Assembly: GCA_023819145.1 (NCBI GenBank)
Contig: JAMWCW010000007.1
Location: 16,876-80,875 of the forward strand
DNA: 64,000 bases
DNA from: Candidatus Omnitrophota bacterium
GTDB lineage: Bacteria; Omnitrophota; Gorgyraeia; DTHP01
Reading direction: 5' to 3'
The stretch's first letter is position 1; each line of letters starts with the position of its first letter. This document shows positions 41,480-52,524 of this stretch, one piece after another. A program made the translations under genes and the position numbers. Under the pieces are notes generated by a model. That model did no database searches. It was not told the origin of the DNA and worked only from the letters and a program-made list of their open reading frames with translations.

Positions 41480-42884
41480 CGCATCCTTTCTCTAAGATAT
41501 ATTTATTAATTCTTTTCCCAAATTTTACCGGATAATCTCCTGTAAAGCAAGCAACACAATAACTTCCTTTGGGATATGCCTCAACGCAAGAAAGCATTCC
41601 TTTTAAGCTTAAATATCCTAATGAATCAACCTGTAAAAATTTCTCTATTTCTTCAATCTTTAATCTTGCCCCAATCAACTCCTTCTTTGTTGGAAAGTCT
41701 ATTCCGTAAAAACAAGGAAAACAATGAGGAGGACAACTGATACGCAAATGAACCTCTTTTGCTCCAGCCTCTCTCAAATTCCTCACTCTTATCTTAGAAG
41801 TAGTTCCCCTCACAATGGAATCATCGACTATTACAATGCGTTTTCCTTTTAAAACATCTCTTAAGAGATTGAATTTTACTCTCACATTAAAGTCGCGAAT
41901 AGATTGTCTAGGTTGAATAAAACTCCTTCCAATATAGTGATTACGGATAATTCCATATTCCATAGGAATCCCCGATTCCTGACTGAAACCCAAGGCAGAA
42001 GAAGTGCCTGAGTCTGGAACAGGAATGACCAAATCTGCCGATACTGGATGTTCTTGTGCTAAATTTCTTCCCAGACGCTTCCTTACGATATGAACTGTCT
42101 CTCCAAAAATTTTTGAATCGGGTCGGGCAAAATAGATATGTTCAAATATGCAAAACGAAGGGGAAATTTTCTTGAATGGCTTAAAACTTCTCAACCCATT
42201 TTTATCTACTACAACTATTTCACCCGGTTCTATTTCTCTTATCTCCTTAGCTCCTACCAAATCAAAAGCACATGTCTCAGAAGCAAATATATAAGCATCT
42301 TTTAACTTTCCTAACCAAAGAGGCCTGAAACCATGGGAATCTCTTACCGCAAAAAGAGCTTCGTGGGTAAGCAAAAGAAAGCAGTACGCTCCTTCTAAAA
42401 ATTTAACAGATTTTAATAACCGCTCTAAGTGATTCCCTTTCTTTTCCCTTGACATCAGATGAATCAAGATTTCCGAATCAGAACTTGTTTGAAAAATAGA
42501 ACCTCCTTTTTCTAAACTATGATGTAAACTTAAGGCATTCACCAAATTACCATTATGGGCAATTGCAATCACACCTTGGGAATAATTAACCAAAATCGGC
42601 TGGACATTCTTTAGAAGGCTTGCCCCTGTAGTAGAATAACGCGTGTGTCCAATGGCTCTATCTCCGGTAAGACTTTTGATAATCTCTTCCGTAAAAACAT
42701 CCGCTACTAATCCCATTCCTTTATATTGAAAGATTTCTTTGCCATTGGAACTGACTATACCACAGGATTCCTCTCCTCGATGTTGTAAAGCGTAAAGGCC
42801 AAGATAGGTTAAATAACCTGCCTCTTTATGCCCAAAAACACCAAAAAGACCACAATTTTCCTTTAACTCTCCACTCACAAACAC
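41466..42884 (-). CDS. purF: amidophosphoribosyltransferase PurF
   Basis: 472 aa. N-terminal CGLFGV (Ntn Cys). PRTase motif. C-terminal Fe-S cysteines. Confidence 0.92.
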   Translation of the reverse strand: MFVSGELKENCGLFGVFGHKEAGYLTYLGLYALQHRGEESCGIVSSNGKEIFQYKGMGLVADVFTEEIIKSLTGDRAIGHTRYSTTGASLLKNVQPILVNYSQGVIAIAHNGNLVNALSLHHSLEKGGSIFQTSSDSEILIHLMSREKKGNHLERLLKSVKFLEGAYCFLLLTHEALFAVRDSHGFRPLWLGKLKDAYIFASETCAFDLVGAKEIREIEPGEIVVVDKNGLRSFKPFKKISPSFCIFEHIYFARPDSKIFGETVHIVRKRLGRNLAQEHPVSADLVIPVPDSGTSSALGFSQESGIPMEYGIIRNHYIGRSFIQPRQSIRDFNVRVKFNLLRDVLKGKRIVIVDDSIVRGTTSKIRVRNLREAGAKEVHLRISCPPHCFPCFYGIDFPTKKELIGARLKIEEIEKFLQVDSLGYLSLKGMLSCVEAYPKGSYCVACFTGDYPVKFGKRINKYILEKGCGVHE

Positions 42885-43013
42885 TCTCTTAAATTTACCA
42901 TTTCTATTTATTAATTTTATTAATTCTTAACATCGGATTTTTCACCATTTTACCATCTTCGTAAATAGGAAATATTTTATACTAAGCACATCTCGTAAAC
43001 ACCCTTTAAAAAA

Positions 43014-45227
43014 TTATTCTTTCAAATAATTCTCTATCGCTTTACTCCAAACTTCATAAAGCTCAATAAGAGATACATCAATTAATCCTTCTATAATCAA
43101 TCTATCTCCTCCCACTTCGCCAATTAAACCAAAAGGAACTTTATTCTTTTTAGCAATCTGTTCTATTTTCTTAACATTTTTTGGCTCAGCACTTAAGATA
43201 ATACGTGATTGACTCTCACCAAATAAAAGAGCGTCTGTTCTTATACGCTGAGTAGAAAGCTTAACTTTGGCTCCCATTTTTTTAAGCGGATTACCCAAAC
43301 AACTTTCTGCAATGGCCACCGTTAGTCCTCCTTCTGAACAATCATGGGCAGATTTAATCAATTTTTTCTCTATTGCTTCTAATACAGTTTTCTGTAAACT
43401 TTTTTCCAATTTTAAATCAATCTCTGGACACTTTCCCTGTTTTAATCCATAGATAGTTTTTAAATATTCACTTCCTCCTATTTCTTCTTTGGTTTTACCC
43501 AAAAGCAAAACTATATCTCCTGCTTGTTTAAAATAATGTGTGATTATTTTTTTCTTATCTCTAATTAATCCCACCATTCCTATAATAGGTGTAGGGTCAA
43601 CTGAACCTTTGGGATTCTCGTTATTAAAACTGACATTCCCACTAACCACGGGTATACTTAAGGCACGGCAAGCAGCGGATATGCCTAATACTGCCTGCTT
43701 AAACTGCCAGAAGACTTCTGGGTTTTTAGGGTTGCCAAAGTTAATACCATCGGTAATAGCTAAAGGTTTTGCTCCACAGCAAACCAAATTCCGGGCTGCT
43801 TCGGCTACAGCAATCTTTCCACCTCTAAAAGGATCCAAATAACAGTATGTGGAATTGCAATCTGTAGTAGCCGCGATGGCTTTGTTAGTTCCCGGAACAG
43901 CCGCTACTCCGGCATCGGAACCAGGTGCCACTAAAATATCCTTACCCACCGCGGGATCACAATGTTTAAAAATCCAAACCTTGCTGGCAAGAGTAGGATT
44001 GCTCATTAGCTTAAACAAAACCTGGTTATAATCAGCTGGTTTTTTGATAGTAGATATTTTAAATCTTTTCACCTCATCTAAATATCTTGGCCTCTGCACA
44101 TTTCGATAGTATATGGGTGCTTCTACCAAAGCAGCAGCAGGAATTTCTGCTACTACTCTGCCCTTTTCTTTAACCCGCACTATCCCATCATCGTTAACCT
44201 TACCAATGACAGCCATGGGCACATTCCATTTTGTGAAAATTTTCTTTACCTCTTCCAATTTTTCTTTTTCAATAATAACCAACATTCTCTCTTGAGATTC
44301 GGAGAGCATTATCTCATAAGCATTCATTCCCTCTTCTTTATGAGGAATCAAATCAATATTAATTTCCATTCCCGTTTTTCCCTTATAAGAGGTTTCACAT
44401 GTAGAACAGGTAAGCCCCGCTGCACCCATATCCTGCATACCTATAACTAACCCTTTATTTATCAGTTCAAGACAGGCTTCTCTCAAGATACGCCCCATAC
44501 GCGGATCACCAATGGCTACCGCAGAACTTCTTTTGGTCGATTCTTCATCTAATCCTGCAGAAGCAAACGCAGCACCTTCCACGCCATCCCTACCAGTGGC
44601 TCCCCCCACAATAAGGACTAAATTATCTCTACCGATAGCCCTTGCCTTTACAATATTTTTCTTCTTTACTATGCCGACAGTCATCGCATTCACGAGGGGA
44701 TTGCCTTCAAAAGATTCATCAAAATATACCTCGCCTCCCATAACCGGAATTTCTGCAATATTGGCATACTCAGTAAACCCCCTAATGATATTCTTAAAAA
44801 GGAATTTAACCCGTTCATTCTCTAACTTTCCCAAACGTAAAGAATCGAGAAGCCCAATAGGTCGAGCTCCCATAGTGAAGATATCACGAATACACCCTCC
44901 TCCGCCTGTAGCAGAAGCAGCATAGGGTTCTACTGCCGAAGGGTGGTTATGGGATTCAATTTTAAAAACCACGCCCAAACCACTTCCAATATCTACAATG
45001 CCTGCATTCTCTCCTGGACCCTGAATAACATTTTTGCCTTTAGTAGGAAAAAGTTTTAGCACCGGTTTAGAATTTTTATAAGAACAATGTTCGCTCCACA
45101 TTGCCGAAAACATTCCCAACTCTACAAAATTTGGTTCGCGTCCTAAACGCTTTTTAATCATTTCATATTCTTCAATCGTCAAGCCCTGTTTTTCGATTGT
45201 TTCTGTGGTAATCATACGTTCATCCAT
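43014..45227 (-). CDS. purL: phosphoribosylformylglycinamidine synthase subunit PurL (small-type FGAM synthase II)
   Basis: 737 aa, PurL-type duplicated AIRS-like domains. Confidence 0.9.
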   Translation of the reverse strand: MDERMITTETIEKQGLTIEEYEMIKKRLGREPNFVELGMFSAMWSEHCSYKNSKPVLKLFPTKGKNVIQGPGENAGIVDIGSGLGVVFKIESHNHPSAVEPYAASATGGGGCIRDIFTMGARPIGLLDSLRLGKLENERVKFLFKNIIRGFTEYANIAEIPVMGGEVYFDESFEGNPLVNAMTVGIVKKKNIVKARAIGRDNLVLIVGGATGRDGVEGAAFASAGLDEESTKRSSAVAIGDPRMGRILREACLELINKGLVIGMQDMGAAGLTCSTCETSYKGKTGMEINIDLIPHKEEGMNAYEIMLSESQERMLVIIEKEKLEEVKKIFTKWNVPMAVIGKVNDDGIVRVKEKGRVVAEIPAAALVEAPIYYRNVQRPRYLDEVKRFKISTIKKPADYNQVLFKLMSNPTLASKVWIFKHCDPAVGKDILVAPGSDAGVAAVPGTNKAIAATTDCNSTYCYLDPFRGGKIAVAEAARNLVCCGAKPLAITDGINFGNPKNPEVFWQFKQAVLGISAACRALSIPVVSGNVSFNNENPKGSVDPTPIIGMVGLIRDKKKIITHYFKQAGDIVLLLGKTKEEIGGSEYLKTIYGLKQGKCPEIDLKLEKSLQKTVLEAIEKKLIKSAHDCSEGGLTVAIAESCLGNPLKKMGAKVKLSTQRIRTDALLFGESQSRIILSAEPKNVKKIEQIAKKNKVPFGLIGEVGGDRLIIEGLIDVSLIELYEVWSKAIENYLKE

Positions 45228-45288
45228 TTGTATATCAACCTCCTTCTTTCTTGATTAAAAATTTTATCTATATTTTTTATCTATATTT

Positions 45289-46581
45289 CTATAATCCTAA
45301 TCTCTGAAATATCTTATCAACATTGCGTAAATAATAACTCGCATCAAAGAGCACTCGGATTTCTTTCTCTTCTAAATGCTTGCGGATTTCCTTGTCTCTT
45401 ACTAAAAGTTCCTGAAAATCTCGTTTATCTCTCCAGCAGATAAGTGCAACTTTCTGTACTAAATCATAAGCCTTATCACGGGGAAGACCTCTTTCCATTA
45501 AAGCCAACAGAACTCTTTGAGAGAAAATAAGCCCCCCAGTTTTCCTTAAATTATTACGCATATTGTTGGGATAAACAACGAGTTTATCTATGATATAAGA
45601 CATTAGATTAAGCATATAATCCAGAACGGTAGTAGCATCGGGTAAAATTACTCTCTCCACTGAAGAATGACTTATATCTCTCTCATGCCAGAGACTAACA
45701 TCTTCCATGCCTGCTTGAGCATAGGAGCGAAGAAGTCTTGACAGTCCACAGATACGTTCACATAAAACAGGATTTCTTTTATGAGGCATTGCGGAAGAAC
45801 CTTTCTGTCCTTCCATAAAGGGCTCTTCTACTTCCAAAACTTCCGTACGCTGAAGATGTCTTATTTCTAAAGCGATTCTTTCAAGAGAACTTCCGATTAT
45901 AGCAAGGGTAGAGAGATATACTGCGTGTCTATCACGTGGTACTACCTGGGTTGAGATCGGTTCGGGTTGAATCCCAAGTTTTTCGCATATCATTTCTTCC
46001 ATTTCCGGTTCTATATGGGAGAAATTACCGACTGCACCTGAAATTTTACCAAATCTAATCTCTTCTTTAGCCTGTTTTAATCTCTCTAAATTCCTTAAAC
46101 TTTCAGCATAAAAAGTAGCAATTTTAAAACCCAAGGTAATGGGTTCCGCATGTATCCCATGAGTCCTTCCGACCATGATTGTATTGCGATAAAGTCTTGC
46201 TTTCTTTTTCAAAAGAGAAACAAGATTTTCCAAATCGCCAATAAGAATATCTGATGCTTCCACAAGAAGCATGGCTAAAGCAGTATCTAAAACATCGGAA
46301 GAAGTTAAACCCATATGGATATACTTTGCTAATTTCCCCAAATTTTCGCTAAGGTTATTGACAAAAGAAACTACATCGTGCTGAGTTTTCTTCTCTATTT
46401 CTCTTATTCTCTCGATATTAAATTTTGCTTTCTTTTCAATAATTTCCATGTCCTTTTTAGGAATCTTCCCTCTCTTTACCCAAGCACGACAAACTGCCAA
46501 TTCTATCGCAAGCATTTTTTGAAACCGATTTTCATCCGACCAGAGCTTCTGCATCTTGGGAAGGGTATAACGTTCAATCAT
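45289..46581 (-). CDS. purB: adenylosuccinate lyase PurB
   Basis: 430 aa. Fumarate-lyase signature (GSSAMPHKRNP). Confidence 0.92.
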   Translation of the reverse strand: MIERYTLPKMQKLWSDENRFQKMLAIELAVCRAWVKRGKIPKKDMEIIEKKAKFNIERIREIEKKTQHDVVSFVNNLSENLGKLAKYIHMGLTSSDVLDTALAMLLVEASDILIGDLENLVSLLKKKARLYRNTIMVGRTHGIHAEPITLGFKIATFYAESLRNLERLKQAKEEIRFGKISGAVGNFSHIEPEMEEMICEKLGIQPEPISTQVVPRDRHAVYLSTLAIIGSSLERIALEIRHLQRTEVLEVEEPFMEGQKGSSAMPHKRNPVLCERICGLSRLLRSYAQAGMEDVSLWHERDISHSSVERVILPDATTVLDYMLNLMSYIIDKLVVYPNNMRNNLRKTGGLIFSQRVLLALMERGLPRDKAYDLVQKVALICWRDKRDFQELLVRDKEIRKHLEEKEIRVLFDASYYLRNVDKIFQRLGL

Positions 46582-47525
46582 TATTCGACCTCCTTTTTAA
46601 TTTGTTCTAAGGTATCGGCGTAATTTTTTTCTTCCGGATTTAGTTCTGTCGCCCTCACCGCCAATTCCTTAGCCTCTTTTAAATTTTTTTTTATGTACCA
46701 GTAAAGATAGGCAAGATTATTATATGCATCCGCAAAATTTTTATCTATCTCAATCGCTTTCTGATAGGATTCTTCTGATTTTTGAAAATCGCTTAACTTA
46801 AAATAAATATTTCCTAAATTAAAATAAGCAATCTTTGCCTGAGATAGAGAAGGTATCGCCTTCTGATAAAATTCTAATGCTTTTTCTAATTGTCCTTTTG
46901 CTTCAAAAAGATAACCTAAATAAACATACTCTTCAGGAGAAACCTCCCACGTCACCTTCTCGGGGGGACATATAGTTATCGTTCCAAAATCTGCCTTTCT
47001 CCATTTATTAACAAACGTCTTATAACTTAACCAAACACCTGATTTTTTACCGGTATGAGCAAGAATCTTTTTCTCCGCATCGTCAAACCCAAAAATAACC
47101 AAATAATGATATCCTCCCTTAATTGACAACTCCCTCGTTAAAACAATAAGAGGAATATTTTCTTTTACTCTTTCCTTTAAATAAGCAAAACTACTCTGAG
47201 AATAATTGGACCAGAGACTAAATTGCCGTGGATAAAAAGCTATTTCGAAATCAAGAGAACCTCCGAATCCAGGGGCATAGAGTTCTTTAATAAGTTTAGG
47301 ATAATCAAATTGGATTTTCCAGTAATCTAAAATAGATGCCACTGCTGAAGGACCACAGGTGTTTCCTCTCTGTTTATAAAAAGGAACGGCGGGGATTATA
47401 TGTTTCTCGATTATAGAAAAATCTTCTTGAAGTTGAAGACGGCTTGTTTTACATCCACAATTTAAGAAGAGAATAAAAATAGATAAATAAAAAAATATCT
47501 TTATAGTTACAAAATTATTTCCCAC
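46581..47525 (-). CDS. C39-like cysteine peptidase domain + TPR repeat lipoprotein (resembles the PA2778 family)
   Basis: 314 aa. Lipobox LFLNCGC. N-terminal papain/C39-like GNTCGPSAVASILDYW. C-terminal TPR repeats (AYFNLGNIYF…AYNNLAYLYW). Confidence 0.65.
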   Translation of the reverse strand: MGNNFVTIKIFFYLSIFILFLNCGCKTSRLQLQEDFSIIEKHIIPAVPFYKQRGNTCGPSAVASILDYWKIQFDYPKLIKELYAPGFGGSLDFEIAFYPRQFSLWSNYSQSSFAYLKERVKENIPLIVLTRELSIKGGYHYLVIFGFDDAEKKILAHTGKKSGVWLSYKTFVNKWRKADFGTITICPPEKVTWEVSPEEYVYLGYLFEAKGQLEKALEFYQKAIPSLSQAKIAYFNLGNIYFKLSDFQKSEESYQKAIEIDKNFADAYNNLAYLYWYIKKNLKEAKELAVRATELNPEEKNYADTLEQIKKEVE

Positions 47526-47556
47526 TTAAAATATAAATTCTTATTAACTATATGTA

Positions 47557-47976
47557 TTAATACCTGCGTGGGACAGCATCACGCGGTTCAATTTTTACAG
47601 TATAATTGGTTACATAAAGAACGATGATAATCAAAAGAAGAATAATAAGAATAACAATAAATACTCCGGAATCGCCTCCCACTTTAATTTTGTCACAACG
47701 TAAAGCCAAATCCCTCAATCTATCCGTTTCCAGTTGTTCTATCTTATTTATAAGCGCATCTCTATCCATTCCAAATCTATTTAAGTATCCCATAACTTTT
47801 TCATCTTTAAGAAATGAATTTATTTTTTCCAGATATAAACCCCTCTCACCCTCAGTAACTACCTTGGAATTTACCAATCCCGCATATCCCAAATTGGGCT
47901 TTATCCCCAAAAATATAGCCCAAGCGAGGAAAAATAAAAAAATAAACTTCCTCTTATAAATAAATCTTAACATCAC
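47557..47976 (-). CDS. small secreted/membrane-anchored protein (resembles the PA2779 family)
   Basis: 139 aa. N-terminal signal peptide and C-terminal hydrophobic anchor. Encoded immediately upstream of the C39-TPR gene. Confidence 0.5.
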   Translation of the reverse strand: MMLRFIYKRKFIFLFFLAWAIFLGIKPNLGYAGLVNSKVVTEGERGLYLEKINSFLKDEKVMGYLNRFGMDRDALINKIEQLETDRLRDLALRCDKIKVGGDSGVFIVILIILLLIIIVLYVTNYTVKIEPRDAVPRRY

Positions 47977-48123
47977 TTCACCTCCTTCTTAAAATAAATT
48001 GATTTTATTTAAAAACGAACTGATTGTTAATTAGTATAAAAAAAAAAGAAGAAAATGTCAATTTAAATCGCAGGCAGAATAATGTAAGAGTAAATATTAG
48101 AAATACTTAAGCGGAAGTAAATT

Positions 48124-48200
48124 TGGTTGCGGGGCCCAGATTTGAACTGGGGACCTCAAGGTTATGAGCCTTGCGAGCTTCCGGACTGCTCCACCCCGCG
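48124..48200 (-). tRNA. tRNA-Met (CAT), initiator-type (fMet)
   Basis: rc is CGCGGGGTGGAGCAGTCCGGAAGCTCGCAAGGCTCATAACCTTGAGGTCCCCAGTTCAAATCTGGGCCCCGCAACCA. C1:A72 mismatch, A11:U24, anticodon CAT, encoded CCA. Confidence 0.88.
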
Positions 48201-48237
48201 TTTTATATTATATCTACCCGCAAAGCTCCTGTCAACT

Positions 48238-50416
<2,179 letters not shown>

Positions 50417-50455
50417 ATCTATAATTGGTTATTATAAAATAATCTAATTCGTAAT

Positions 50456-51172
50456 TCAACTAGATAACTTATTTTTATTCCATACTAACTTAGACAACCA
50501 AATAGAAATTTCGTAAAGAAAAATCATCGGAATAGCCAAAAAACATTGAGTAAAGACATCTACGGTTGGGGTAATAACCGCCGCAAGGATAAAAGCCATA
50601 ACCATCATATACTTCCATTTTCGTCTCAATAAGTAAGGATTGACCAGGCCCACTTTTGTTAAAAATAACACCACTACCGGAGTTTCAAATACTATCCCCG
50701 TAGAAAAAACAAGCATGCCTACAAAAGAGAAATAGCGTCCCACAGAAAACATAGGTATAATTTTATCAGTAGAAAAACTCAACAGAAATCTTATTCCCAA
50801 AGGAAGAACGAAAAAATAACTAAAAACTAAACCTAAGAAAAATAGCACTAACGACAAAGGAAAGAAAAGACGGACATATTTTTTCTCTTGAGGGTAAAGT
50901 CCGGAACTGATAAAAATCCATATTTGATAGAAAATAACGGGTGAAGCTAAAATAATCCCTCCTATAAAAGCAATCTTTAAATAAACTAAGAACAACTCCA
51001 TAGGATAAATAAAAATCAATTGTTCTACAGGTTTTGCAAGAAAATCTAAAATTTCTTTAGCGTAGCGGAAGGAAATTATTGAACAAAGAATAAACACAAT
51101 TAGACATACGATAATTCGATAACGAAGCTCTTCTAAATGTCCAATTAAAGTAAGGCGCTTATCATCCTGCAT
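50456..51172 (-). CDS. tatC: twin-arginine translocase subunit TatC
   Basis: 238 aa, six-TM TatC-like sequence (LTLIGHLEELRYRII…). Confidence 0.9.
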   Translation of the reverse strand: MQDDKRLTLIGHLEELRYRIIVCLIVFILCSIISFRYAKEILDFLAKPVEQLIFIYPMELFLVYLKIAFIGGIILASPVIFYQIWIFISSGLYPQEKKYVRLFFPLSLVLFFLGLVFSYFFVLPLGIRFLLSFSTDKIIPMFSVGRYFSFVGMLVFSTGIVFETPVVVLFLTKVGLVNPYLLRRKWKYMMVMAFILAAVITPTVDVFTQCFLAIPMIFLYEISIWLSKLVWNKNKLSS

Positions 51173-51357
51173 CAGTTATCTGAAGGCTTTTCCTGCTTCT
51201 CCTCTTCTCCTTCTTTTATCCCTTTTTTGAACTCACCAATAGATTTTCCTAACGCACGGGCAATTTGGGGTAAACGACTTGCTCCAAAGACAAGGAGAAG
51301 AATAATCAAGATAACAATTAATTCTGGCATTCCTATCCCAAACATATTTACCTCCAT
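51172..51357 (-). CDS. tatA: twin-arginine translocase subunit TatA/E
   Basis: [41 protein letters not shown]. The likely true start is the MFGIG Met. Confidence 0.85.
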   Translation of the reverse strand: MEVNMFGIGMPELIVILIILLLVFGASRLPQIARALGKSIGEFKKGIKEGEEEKQEKPSDN

Positions 51358-51421
51358 TATTGCTAAAAGTTTACACTTTACGGGCTACAGTAAACAGCAA
51401 ATCTTAACCACCATATACCTT

Positions 51422-52396
51422 TTACTGTGAACTATTACTAGTTACCGACAATTGCTTAATCCTTTTCAACATATTGGGATGAGTGCTTAAAAGCTCCATT
51501 AGCTTATCTGCAAAACCTAAACGGATACGTCTTGTACGTATGACTTCCAACTCATTAGGATCAATTGTCCCCGACATGTCTAAGTCAAGCTGTTTTAACT
51601 CGTAAATTTCGTGCAATGCCTTGGAAGGGTCGTTGACAAAGAATGCTTTTAAACCCTCTATCTCCCTCAGTTCCTCCTTATCTATACGCGCAGAACCATA
51701 AACAAGTTTATATAGTGCGGTGGCGAGCCAAGAAGGATGATTCCCTAACTTTACAGAACCCCGGTCAGCAAAATATTCCCGAATACGCGATGCATAAAGC
51801 ACTAAAAGATTGGTTATGAAATAAAAAATAAAAGCTAATAAACCAATCAGTGCGGTGTTTGTGCCACGACTATCCCTTCTTCTACCACCTCCAAACCAAA
51901 ACATATGCCAAGCGATACGATAGAGAATCATGGGAATTACCGAAAGAATGGTAATGGTAAGTACATCACGATTTTTTAAATGGCTTATTTCGTGAGCTAA
52001 TACTGCCCGTAGTTCATTATGGTTAAGAAGTCTAAGTATTCCCTGTGTCACACACACTCTCCCACTGCGCAATCCATGACCAAAAGCAAAAGCGTTGGGT
52101 AAATAAGTGGGAGAAATCCCTATTTTGGGCTTAGGAATATTTGCTTTCTCTATTAGACTATCAACTATCTGATGCAATTCGGGAGCTTCTTTTCTGTCTA
52201 CATACTTTATATGCATTGACCATTCCACAATCTTTGGGCCAATTAAATACTGAATATACATTAGAAAAAGAGAAATAATTAAATAAAAATAGAAATTGGT
52301 TATACCCATTTGCACTCCAATGATGGTAACAATCATATATAAGATGGCAAATAAAACTGCTAACAGGAGAAACATCTTGACCCTTAAAAAAAACAT
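51422..52396 (-). CDS. htpX: M48 family zinc metalloprotease HtpX-like
   Basis: 324 aa. HEISHLKNRD (HExxH) and N-terminal TM helices. Confidence 0.85.
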   Translation of the reverse strand: MFFLRVKMFLLLAVLFAILYMIVTIIGVQMGITNFYFYLIISLFLMYIQYLIGPKIVEWSMHIKYVDRKEAPELHQIVDSLIEKANIPKPKIGISPTYLPNAFAFGHGLRSGRVCVTQGILRLLNHNELRAVLAHEISHLKNRDVLTITILSVIPMILYRIAWHMFWFGGGRRRDSRGTNTALIGLLAFIFYFITNLLVLYASRIREYFADRGSVKLGNHPSWLATALYKLVYGSARIDKEELREIEGLKAFFVNDPSKALHEIYELKQLDLDMSGTIDPNELEVIRTRRIRLGFADKLMELLSTHPNMLKRIKQLSVTSNSSQ

Positions 52397-52524
52397 TTCT
52401 ACTACACCTCCTTATCTTTCTTTCTATTTTTATATTATACTCTAACAAACACCATAAATTCTATCCTTAAAAATCATAATGAGCGGTGAGAAAACTGTGG
52501 GTAAAGAATTGATTTACTAATGCT

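Noticed and set aside
43267-44925. Several 60-137-aa plus-strand ORFs inside purL (and similar antisense ORFs inside murD, murF, ligA, smc, secDF and others)
   Set aside because: Antisense to clearly conserved genes. Pro/Ser/Thr-rich, the typical translation of the antisense of GC-richer codons. No start or SD context.
52161-52448. 95-aa ORF overlapping the 5' end of htpX
   Set aside because: Same-strand, alternative-frame overlap with a well-supported gene. Low-complexity composition.
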